Assembly (NCBI GenBank): GCA_005789005.1
Contig: SYAD01000141.1
Coordinates: forward strand, 1 to 56,792
Origin: Planctomycetia bacterium
GTDB lineage: Bacteria; Planctomycetota; Phycisphaerae; Phycisphaerales; SM1A02
Direction: 5' to 3'
DNA length: 56,792 bases
The translations under genes were made by a program, and so were the position numbers. Within the stretch, counting starts at the first letter, position 1. The number at the start of each line of letters is the position of its first letter. A model generated the notes under the pieces. The model made no database searches, was not told where the DNA came from, and saw nothing but the letters and a program-made list of their open reading frames with translations. Below, piece after piece: positions 47,176-54,426 of the stretch.

Positions 47176-47943
47176 TCAGCGTCGACGTCGAGCTATCAAG
47201 CCCGCAAGACCCAGCAGCGCAATTGCGCCTGGAGCCGGCACGAACCCGTAGGTAAATGTCTCATCGAAGAACGGCTGCGATGTAGTTCCACCGCCCGCGC
47301 TTGTGCCATTCACTTTCATGGTGACATTGCCCTTGAACTGAATAGCCAGCACATCGGTTGTCAGCATGTTGGTGGTCTCAACAGAGAAGCGACCAAGCAT
47401 GATGCGCTTGTCGGCGTATGTGCCGGCCAGGGCGGATATGTCTGTTGGATTAGTGGTGAACCAGCCCGCACCTTGATAAGCACTTGCGCTATTGCTTCCA
47501 CCAACAATGGTTTCGGCGCCAACAGTGTTTGCGTTTAAGAAGTTTGGATCCTTGGCAATGTCAGCGTTGATGTAATCCTGCGTGCGCGCACCAATAGTTA
47601 CAAATGAATCCCAGCCGTTGCTTGCGGCGCTAGCGGAAGGCATCCAACCTGTGCCGCTGGCTTGAACAAATGCGGCGCCGTTGGTTGGCGTCAATGCACT
47701 GCCAGTGTTCCAGACGCCGTTGAGCGAAGTTCGCACAAGGCCGGTGTGTGTTGTGGTGCCGTAATAGTTGACAAGCTTGTCAAAGGCGCCGCTAAAGTCG
47801 GCGTAAATATCCATCACGGAGTATTGACGGCTGCCATCGACTACTTGGTAATTGGTGCCTGTTATTCCAAGGAACGCGGCGTTGGCGCCTGCAACAGTGG
47901 TGGTTAAAACAATAGAACCAACAACGTAATTCGAAATCTTCAT
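47176..47943 (-). CDS. PEP-CTERM sorting-domain protein, paralogue 2
   Basis: Collinear with 41877-42644, with most residues identical by eye. C-terminal FVPAPGAIALLGLAGLIARRRR. Start set at ATG 47943. Confidence 0.75.
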   Translation of the reverse strand: MKISNYVVGSIVLTTTVAGANAAFLGITGTNYQVVDGSRQYSVMDIYADFSGAFDKLVNYYGTTTHTGLVRTSLNGVWNTGSALTPTNGAAFVQASGTGWMPSASAASNGWDSFVTIGARTQDYINADIAKDPNFLNANTVGAETIVGGSNSASAYQGAGWFTTNPTDISALAGTYADKRIMLGRFSVETTNMLTTDVLAIQFKGNVTMKVNGTSAGGGTTSQPFFDETFTYGFVPAPGAIALLGLAGLIARRRR

Positions 47944-48193
47944 AACGGCTCCAGGGCTAAGCCCCCCCGAGGGCAGAAACTTGAACAACTTCGGTTTCAT
48001 TAAACATCCGCAGGTTGGTGCGGGTGTTTGGCAAAACATAAGAGCAAACAACTCTTACATGCACGTAAACGTAAAAAATGGGTGACGGCGATCACGCAAT
48101 ATAAAATTTTTATTGAGGCGATTTTTCACCCAAGTTATCGGGAGTTTTGAAATGGCTGCCTTTGTGCGGCGCGCGCTTTTTGGGGCGATCACA

Positions 48194-48240
48194 TCAATCG
48201 GTTACGCGTTCGGCGGGGCAGCAAGTATTCGTGCGCAGTG
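48194..48240 (-). pseudogene. remnant resembling the 3' end (and downstream flank) of the Pls-like synthetase gene
   Basis: Minus-strand reading gives ...LRTNTCCPAERVTD* compared with ...ANATYAGCPAERVAD* at the real gene end (49660-49700). Flanking DNA 48139-48193 also aligns by eye with 49594-49659. Confidence 0.45.
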
Positions 48241-48269
48241 CCACACACGTGCTTTGCCAAGCAAAAAAA

Positions 48270-48307
48270 CCGCACGGCTTCTTAGGGCCGTGCGGTGGTT
48301 TTTTTTA
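48270..48307. terminator. bidirectional rho-independent terminator
   Basis: A7 run, 9-bp GC-rich stem CCGCACGGC (48270-48278) / GCCGTGCGG (48287-48295), then TGG-T8. Confidence 0.7.
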
Positions 48308-48336
48308 ACTTTCAATCACCGCTTGTCATGCGCCAC

Positions 48337-48420
48337 TCACTGCGGGCACGGTCCGTAGTTGAGCAACAGCAAGCCAACATCCGCGCTATTACACTTCAAC
48401 TGCGCAAGCCAGGGCCAAGT
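48337..48420 (-). pseudogene. orphan 3' fragment of a dockerin-like-module gene
   Basis: Minus-strand reading gives ...AQLKCNSADVGLLLLNYGPCPQ*, matching AQLNCGDLNGDNEVNGADVGLQLVNYGPC of 45903-47120 in both DNA and protein, with a 27-nt gap. An in-frame stop lies immediately upstream and there is no start codon. The terminator at 48270-48307 lies just downstream. Confidence 0.5.
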
Positions 48421-48443
48421 TCACCGCCTAAGAAAGGGATGAC

Positions 48444-49604
48444 ATGAAGCTGGAAATACTCGTGCATGCACAGCGCATGACCATCACGCTCGCTGGCCAA
48501 CTTGATGTGAATGCGGCGCCAGCTCTTGAGGCGGTGCTCGATCAGCAACTTCAGAACATCACCGAGCTCGTACTCGATGTGGACGGCTTGGAATATGTCT
48601 CGTCGGTGGGGCTGCGCGTGATCTTGCACGCGCAACAAAAAATGAAGGCGGCTCACGGAAATCTGTTGGTGAAGAATGTGAGCCAGCCAATCGCGGACAT
48701 TCTGGAGATGTCCGGCCTTGATCGCGTTCTACATTTTCAGCGCAAGCACAGGCAACTGTCAGTGGCGGGCTTGCAGATGATCGCCAAGGGGGCCAACGGC
48801 GAGTGCTACAAGGTGAATGAAGATACCGTGGTGAAGTTGTACTTTGACTTTGTCGACGATGGATGCGCCGAACGTGAGAAGGAATTGGCGACGAAGGCGT
48901 TCGTGGCCGGCGTTCCAACAGCTCTCTCTTTCGAGGTGGTGCAGTGCGGCACACGCAATGGCGTGATGTATGAGATGCTGAAGGCGGACACGTTGGCGCT
49001 GTATATGGAAAAAAATATTGAGCGCTTGGATGAAGTGGTGGCGATGTACGTGCGCTTTTGCAAGCAGATCCATGCGATTGCGGGTGATACAAGTTCCTTC
49101 CCCGATGCCGTCACGCTGGCGTGCGGATATGTTGATGCCTGCGAATTCTTCAACGATGGTCAGCGCGCGTTCATGAAGGAGCGACTGATGCGCACCGAGC
49201 GGTGCGGGACGCTGATCCACTGGGATATGCATCCAGGAAACATCATGATGCAGGGCGACAGTCTGTGCTTGATCGACATGGGCGACATGGCCGTGGGCAC
49301 GCCATACTTTGATCTTGGGCAAATTAAACAAGTGCTGCACTACTACGCAAGCCTTGGTCTGTGCCACAAGTTCATCGGACTCGGTGATGCCAACGCGATG
49401 CGCGTGTGGCAGATGTTTGTTGTTGGCTACTTCGACAATCCAGACCCGGACGCGTTGAAGGCGATCGAGGCGGATATTGACTTCTACCGCGCGATCAAGA
49501 ACGTGTACTTGTATTTGTGCGGCAGCGGCGGCGAAACTATGCGTGCGCGACGCAGGGACTTTATCTTTCAGATGATGCCGAAGGATTTTGCGGAGTTGAA
49601 ATGA
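48444..49604 (+). CDS. STAS-domain (anti-sigma-antagonist-like) / aminoglycoside-phosphotransferase-fold kinase fusion protein
   Basis: N-terminal ~100 aa: ITLAGQLDVNAAPALEAVL...LVLDVDGLEYVSSVGLRVIL...LLVKNVSQPIADILEMSGLDRVLHF (STAS). The remainder has a nucleotide-binding Lys (VVKLYF), the Brenner motif LIHWDMHPGNIMM (HxDxxxxN) and LIDMGDMAVG. SD AAAGGGA lies upstream. Confidence 0.75.
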   Translation: MKLEILVHAQRMTITLAGQLDVNAAPALEAVLDQQLQNITELVLDVDGLEYVSSVGLRVILHAQQKMKAAHGNLLVKNVSQPIADILEMSGLDRVLHFQRKHRQLSVAGLQMIAKGANGECYKVNEDTVVKLYFDFVDDGCAEREKELATKAFVAGVPTALSFEVVQCGTRNGVMYEMLKADTLALYMEKNIERLDEVVAMYVRFCKQIHAIAGDTSSFPDAVTLACGYVDACEFFNDGQRAFMKERLMRTERCGTLIHWDMHPGNIMMQGDSLCLIDMGDMAVGTPYFDLGQIKQVLHYYASLGLCHKFIGLGDANAMRVWQMFVVGYFDNPDPDALKAIEADIDFYRAIKNVYLYLCGSGGETMRARRRDFIFQMMPKDFAELK

Positions 49605-49659
49605 GTGATTCAATCGCGCGACTGTTTGCGCAGTGCGCGCGCTCTTTCAAGCCATCACA

Positions 49660-52600
49660 TCAATCAGCCACGCGCTCGGCGGGACAGCCGGCGTATGTGG
49701 CGTTGGCGTCAAGGCGCTCGTTTTTCATAATCACACTGTGCGGCGTCACCAGCGCGCCATCGCCAATGTTGGCGCCGTAAAACAGAACCGCGTGATGGCC
49801 CAGCGACGCGTCGCGGCCAATGTGCACGTGGTCAATTTTCAGAATGCGGTCCTCGAAACTGTGCGCTTGAAAGTTGCAGTCCACCGTGGCGTTGTCGCCA
49901 ATGGAAAGCATGTCGGGATCAACCACCTGCGTGAATCCGCCGCCAAGCACCACGCGCTTGCCAATGCGCACGCCAATCATGCGCAGGAACACGGTGAGGA
50001 AAACCGTTCCTTCAAGGCGCTCCAAGAAACCGCGCGCGTACATGCTCCAGGCCACAAACAGAAAATCCCAGCGGCTGCACCAGCAACTCCACAGCACGTG
50101 TTGGCCCGGTTTCACGCGCCCAATGAGCGTCCACTTTAGAAAAATAATGCAGCCGATCATGGCGATTGCGGCCGCAAGTGTTGCCAGCGGCGCAATCACA
50201 AATGCAATCGTTGGTGTGTTGAAATTGGTGTTGGCTCTTGCGGCGGCTAGTGCAACAATCCACGCCGCCGCGACCGCGATGGGATATACCGGCAATAGAA
50301 ATCGCAACGCTTCCCACAAGAGGCGATTGATATATCGAATGGCGCTTGGATTGTGCGTAAGGCTGCGATCCACTTGCACAACTTCGCGCCGCGGAAGTTG
50401 CATGGGTGGATGACCAAACCACGCGGAGTCCGCGCTTGCAATGGATGCGTTGGCCACGGTGCTTACGCCCACAAAGAAATCGTGTGGATACACGTGGCCC
50501 GCGGGAATGACCGCGTGATTTCCAATGAAGGTGTTGTTGCCCAGCGTTGTCGCGCCAATGGTGACCACGTTGCGATGCACGCGCGGCGCGGCAAAATAAA
50601 TTCCGTCGGCAAAGAAACACGTGTCGCCAATGGTGACGGTGTCGGGCACCACATCAATAATGGTGGAGATTTCACAACCGCGACCAATGCGCATGCCGGC
50701 AAGACGCAACCATGTTGGCCAGAACAAAGTTCCGCTAAGCCACAGACACGCGCGCTCTAGCGCATGCGACTTGGCCCAAATGCAAATATATTCCGCGCTC
50801 CAACGATTCACGGCGCCGGGACGAGTGCGCGCTAGCAAACGCAGGGAAAGTGCTTGCGCAAGAAGGCCGGTGATTACGCATGCGGGCGCGCCGACAAGTA
50901 CAAACAACAAGAACGTAAACGGGTTGGTCCGCGGGTTCACGGGCGCGTCTATATATAGATACGTCAGCGCCATCCAGGGCAGCGCGGAAATGGTTGTTTG
51001 CAGCCAGAGTGAAAGCAGCGTGAGCAGCGCGTGCTTCACTGGATCAATTGATTGACCGCGCGCATTGGCGGTGGCAGGTTCCGTCATGCCAACTTTTTCC
51101 GCGGGAACGCCGTCCCATCGTTCACCAGTTGGAATGTATTCACCTTCATGTAGCCACGAGAGCGCGCCAAGTGAGGAACCTGGTTCCATGTTGGTGTTGT
51201 GCGAAACGCCGGCGCGCACATCAATGGTGCAACCGTTGCCAATGGTCACGGGCGCAAGCACAAGTTGTCCATCGCACAGTTCAACCATGCCAACGGAAGA
51301 TTCTTGCGCAAGCGTGACGTTGTTGCCGATGGTCAACAAGTCCCACGCGCCGCCGCGAATGTCAACGCTGCGGTGAATGTGAACGTTCTTGCCAATGCGC
51401 GCGCCAAGCAGCCGCAGAACCGAGTTGAAGAAAATAGTTCCTTCAAGCATGCCCCACGGAATTGTGCGCGCGATTTGTTGCACGCTCCAGAAGCGTAAGT
51501 AGCGCGCGCTGAAAACCGGCATGGTTGTTGCGCGTACGCGGCCAAGTAATACGCGCTTTGCAAGCACGGCAAGCGTAATAGTGAATGCGCTGTAGATGGC
51601 CAGCGCGATGGCAATGAGTACTGGCGAAAGTGCGATGAGTAATTTTATGCTCAGTGTGTTGGCTAGGGCGGGCAGGGCTAGGAACACCAGCGCGTATGCG
51701 GCGGCGCCGGTGGTGATAAGGCTTGCGATGAGTCCAAGTGATTGCGCGAGTGCGGCAAGCAGTGGGTTTGCTGCTCGTTCGCCGGCGCGCACGCGCGGCG
51801 CGGGGGAGTGTTCGGTGGTGGTTGTTGCAGCGGATTTTTGGTGTGCGTTTGTTTGTGTGTTTGCGCCGTTACTGTGAGTTGTGCGTGTGTTTGCGCTTGC
51901 GCTTTCAGTTGAGCCCGCGCTTTCAGGTTCAGCGTGTGTTGCAGCGCGACCTTTGCTGGCGGCAAATTTCAATTGCAATTCTTGCGCGCGCTGCGCAAGC
52001 CGCTGCGTTGTGCGAAACATATACAGATCGCGCACGGTCAGTCGCGCGGTGAGTGGATGCGTGCGCAAGGTGCACAACGCGCCAACCGCGCTCAGCGAAT
52101 CGCCGCCGAGCGTGATAAAGAAATCGTCGTCAATAGAAAGTTCATCCGTGCGTTTGAGCGCGCGCGCGAAGGCGCTGAGAATAATCCGCTCATGCTCGTT
52201 GCTTGGCGCAATCGCGGGCGTGTCGCGCGCTTGAAGCGCAACGCCGGCGTCCACTTCTGGAAGTTTGGCGCGCGCAATCTTTCCGCCAATGGTGCGCGGC
52301 ACGCGGTCAATTAAAACAAACTTGCTGGGCACCATGTACAAAGGAAGCGCCTTGGTGAGCGCGTCGCGCAACGCGTCAAAGTGCGGCGGCGCGTTCGTGT
52401 CGCTGGCGACAATGTGCGCAACAATAATGTGCGCGCCTTCATTACCCTGCACGCGGCACGCGGCTTCAAGCACGCCGTTGCATTGACCAAGCAGCGAATC
52501 AATGGCCGCAAGTTCCACGCGGTAGCCGCGCAATTTCACTTGGCCATCAATGCGACCAAGAAATTCAAAGTTGCCGCACGTGGCAAGGCGCGCCAAATCT

Positions 52601-54078
52601 CCCGTGCGATATATGCGGCCAAGCTCTGGATGATCGACAAATTTTTCCGCCGTCACCTCTGGACGATTGCGATATCCACGCGCCACGCCAACGCCGCTGA
52701 TGCAGAGTTCGCCCTCCACGCCAACTGGAACTTGTTGCATTGACTCATCCAAAATATGCGCGGTATGTCCAATGATGGGCTTGCCAATGGTGACCGCAAC
52801 GCCGCTGTACATGCGCGTTCGAACTACGGTCACCGTGCATTCAGTTGGGCCGTAGCCATTTTCCAACCAGCGACCGTCGCTCCATAAATCAGCCAAATCC
52901 TGGGGCAAAGCTTCGCCGCCCACATAGACCAACTTCACATTGGGCAAAGATTGGCGCGGATTTTCACAACCAGTTGTGCGCAACAATGTTGGCGGCGGAC
53001 AGAACACGCTAATGCGTTCGTTGTTCAGCCACGGAATTAAATCGGGGCCAAGTCGAACGGTTTCATCATCAAGCAACACAAGCGTGGCGCCCACCGCGAA
53101 GGCAAGCCACGTTTCTTCAATTGACGAGTCGTAGGCGGGCGAAGAAAATTGCGCCACGCGATCAGTGTGGTCAAGTCCGTAGCGCGCCTTATCGGCGTTG
53201 ACCAAGTTGGCAACGCTGTGATGTTCAATCATCACGCCCTTGGGCTTGCCTGTTGTTCCAGATGTGTAAATGACATACGCCAATGAGCGCGGATGAATTG
53301 TTGGCGGCGTGAATGTTGAAGTTGGTGGGGGAGTAATTGCTGAAGATGTTTGCAGCGTTGATGCGGAAGATGTTGGCGGCGTAATTTCGGAAACTGGTGG
53401 CGACATAAACGCAAACGTTGTTTGCAAAGGAGATGCGGATTTTGGTTGCGCGGCGGTTGTCAATTCTTTGAGCGGCGTAATTGTGGAAATTGTTTGCCGT
53501 GTTGTGGAAGACGTAGGCGTGTTGGCGTGTGAGCGCGCCGCATGCGTAAGCGCAACAACATCGATCACAAGTCGATCACCCGCAAGATCCTCCGCGGCCA
53601 GCCGAGCCACGCCCGCTGCGTCGGTCAAGATCACGCGCGCGTCCGCGTCCACAAGCACCGCGCGAATGTGGTCATTTGGAAAGAGCGGGTCCAAGCACGT
53701 GAACGCCGCGCCCGCGCGCAACACGCCAAGTTGCGACGCATACAAACTAGCGGTCTCGCGCGGAAGCAGCACGGCGACAATAGATTCATTTTCTTGCGCG
53801 TGCTGTTGCGCACCAGCGCTGTCTTGCTGCACGTGAAGTTGGTCGCCATTATTTATTTCGCGCGCGTGATTTGTGTGCGCATAATTTGCACCCGCATGCC
53901 CAGAATATTTTGCAATCCCCTCACCAACCGCGCGCGCAACGTCGCTGGCCGCGCGGTCCAGTTGCGTATACGTGGTGAGTTGCCTGTGCGCGCGCTCCCT
54001 GCCAGGTGGAACATCAATCGCAACCACGTCTGGATGAAGCGCAACATTGTGCGCAAAAAGATCAGTCAGCAATTGCAT
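49660..54078 (-). CDS. Pls/PosA-family membrane-embedded NRPS-like homopoly(amino acid) synthetase (A-T-TM-C1-TM-C2-TM-C3)
   Basis: Adenylation motifs (YVIYTSGTTGKPKGV, NGYGPTE, YRTGD, GRIDGQVKLRGYRVEL, GGKIARAKL). Carrier motif FFITLGGDSLSAV. No C or TE domain. Three hexapeptide-repeat domains are separated by paired hydrophobic helices. Start set at ATG 54078 (MQLLTDLFAHNVALHPD...). Confidence 0.85.
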   Translation of the reverse strand: MQLLTDLFAHNVALHPDVVAIDVPPGRERAHRQLTTYTQLDRAASDVARAVGEGIAKYSGHAGANYAHTNHAREINNGDQLHVQQDSAGAQQHAQENESIVAVLLPRETASLYASQLGVLRAGAAFTCLDPLFPNDHIRAVLVDADARVILTDAAGVARLAAEDLAGDRLVIDVVALTHAARSHANTPTSSTTRQTISTITPLKELTTAAQPKSASPLQTTFAFMSPPVSEITPPTSSASTLQTSSAITPPPTSTFTPPTIHPRSLAYVIYTSGTTGKPKGVMIEHHSVANLVNADKARYGLDHTDRVAQFSSPAYDSSIEETWLAFAVGATLVLLDDETVRLGPDLIPWLNNERISVFCPPPTLLRTTGCENPRQSLPNVKLVYVGGEALPQDLADLWSDGRWLENGYGPTECTVTVVRTRMYSGVAVTIGKPIIGHTAHILDESMQQVPVGVEGELCISGVGVARGYRNRPEVTAEKFVDHPELGRIYRTGDLARLATCGNFEFLGRIDGQVKLRGYRVELAAIDSLLGQCNGVLEAACRVQGNEGAHIIVAHIVASDTNAPPHFDALRDALTKALPLYMVPSKFVLIDRVPRTIGGKIARAKLPEVDAGVALQARDTPAIAPSNEHERIILSAFARALKRTDELSIDDDFFITLGGDSLSAVGALCTLRTHPLTARLTVRDLYMFRTTQRLAQRAQELQLKFAASKGRAATHAEPESAGSTESASANTRTTHSNGANTQTNAHQKSAATTTTEHSPAPRVRAGERAANPLLAALAQSLGLIASLITTGAAAYALVFLALPALANTLSIKLLIALSPVLIAIALAIYSAFTITLAVLAKRVLLGRVRATTMPVFSARYLRFWSVQQIARTIPWGMLEGTIFFNSVLRLLGARIGKNVHIHRSVDIRGGAWDLLTIGNNVTLAQESSVGMVELCDGQLVLAPVTIGNGCTIDVRAGVSHNTNMEPGSSLGALSWLHEGEYIPTGERWDGVPAEKVGMTEPATANARGQSIDPVKHALLTLLSLWLQTTISALPWMALTYLYIDAPVNPRTNPFTFLLFVLVGAPACVITGLLAQALSLRLLARTRPGAVNRWSAEYICIWAKSHALERACLWLSGTLFWPTWLRLAGMRIGRGCEISTIIDVVPDTVTIGDTCFFADGIYFAAPRVHRNVVTIGATTLGNNTFIGNHAVIPAGHVYPHDFFVGVSTVANASIASADSAWFGHPPMQLPRREVVQVDRSLTHNPSAIRYINRLLWEALRFLLPVYPIAVAAAWIVALAAARANTNFNTPTIAFVIAPLATLAAAIAMIGCIIFLKWTLIGRVKPGQHVLWSCWCSRWDFLFVAWSMYARGFLERLEGTVFLTVFLRMIGVRIGKRVVLGGGFTQVVDPDMLSIGDNATVDCNFQAHSFEDRILKIDHVHIGRDASLGHHAVLFYGANIGDGALVTPHSVIMKNERLDANATYAGCPAERVAD

Positions 54079-54162
54079 CAAATGTATCTTATGAATTATT
54101 ACGCAAAGTAAATGCAAACCCCCCCAGACGCACTTTAAGTACCGCCCGCCAAGTCCCGCGTC

Positions 54163-54337
54163 GCAGAAAGGGTGGCACCACAAGCGAGTTTAGCACCATC
54201 GCAAGCCCTGCTTGCGATGGGTGCGTTGTCTGAGCGACTGGTGCCACCCTTTCTGCAAAGCGTTCACTCGCCAGCAAGCATTACTTTCCCAAGACCTCTT
54301 CTATTTACAAAGCCCAGACTGGCGCCACCCTTTCCGC
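54163..54337. repeat. three copies of an 18-nt motif (GCAGAAAGGGTGGCACCA or its complement). Copies 1 and 2 form an 18-bp perfect inverted repeat enclosing a 9-bp inner hairpin
   Basis: 54163-54180 is the exact reverse complement of 54239-54256. The inner stem is 54197-54205 / 54211-54219. The third copy, 54320-54337, has 2 mismatches and is in direct orientation to copy 2. Each copy contains the GGTG-N-CACC palindrome. Confidence 0.7.
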
Positions 54338-54367
54338 AAAACTCTCCCACCCAAAAAATCCAAAACT

Positions 54368-54396
54368 TTGCTATTTTGGAACGAGCGTCTTAAATA
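54368..54396 (+). promoter_or_regulatory. sigma70-like promoter candidate for the carbonic anhydrase gene
   Basis: TTGCTA-N17-TAAATA, about 30 nt upstream of ATG 54427. AAGGG SD-like element before the start. Confidence 0.3.
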
Positions 54397-54426
54397 CAAC
54401 CACATCAACTTCTCAAGGGTGCATTC

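Noticed and set aside
41877-48100. Composite transposon or IS-flanked island, suggested by the two long direct repeats
   Set aside because: The repeats are paralogous protein-coding genes with their promoters. No transposase, integrase, terminal inverted repeats or target-site duplications were seen.
48759-49613. 284-aa minus-strand ORF (also 48559-49092 and 48806-49153) overlapping the STAS-kinase gene
   Set aside because: It lies antisense to a gene with clear domain motifs. Its translation is Arg/His/Ala-rich with no motifs, typical of shadow ORFs in GC-rich coding DNA.
54172-54393. 73-aa plus-strand ORF with repeated LVPPF/LAPPF peptides in the pls-CA intergenic region
   Set aside because: The peptide repetition simply reflects the repeated 18-nt DNA motif. 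There is no SD, and the ORF overlaps the hairpin, so it is more likely non-coding.
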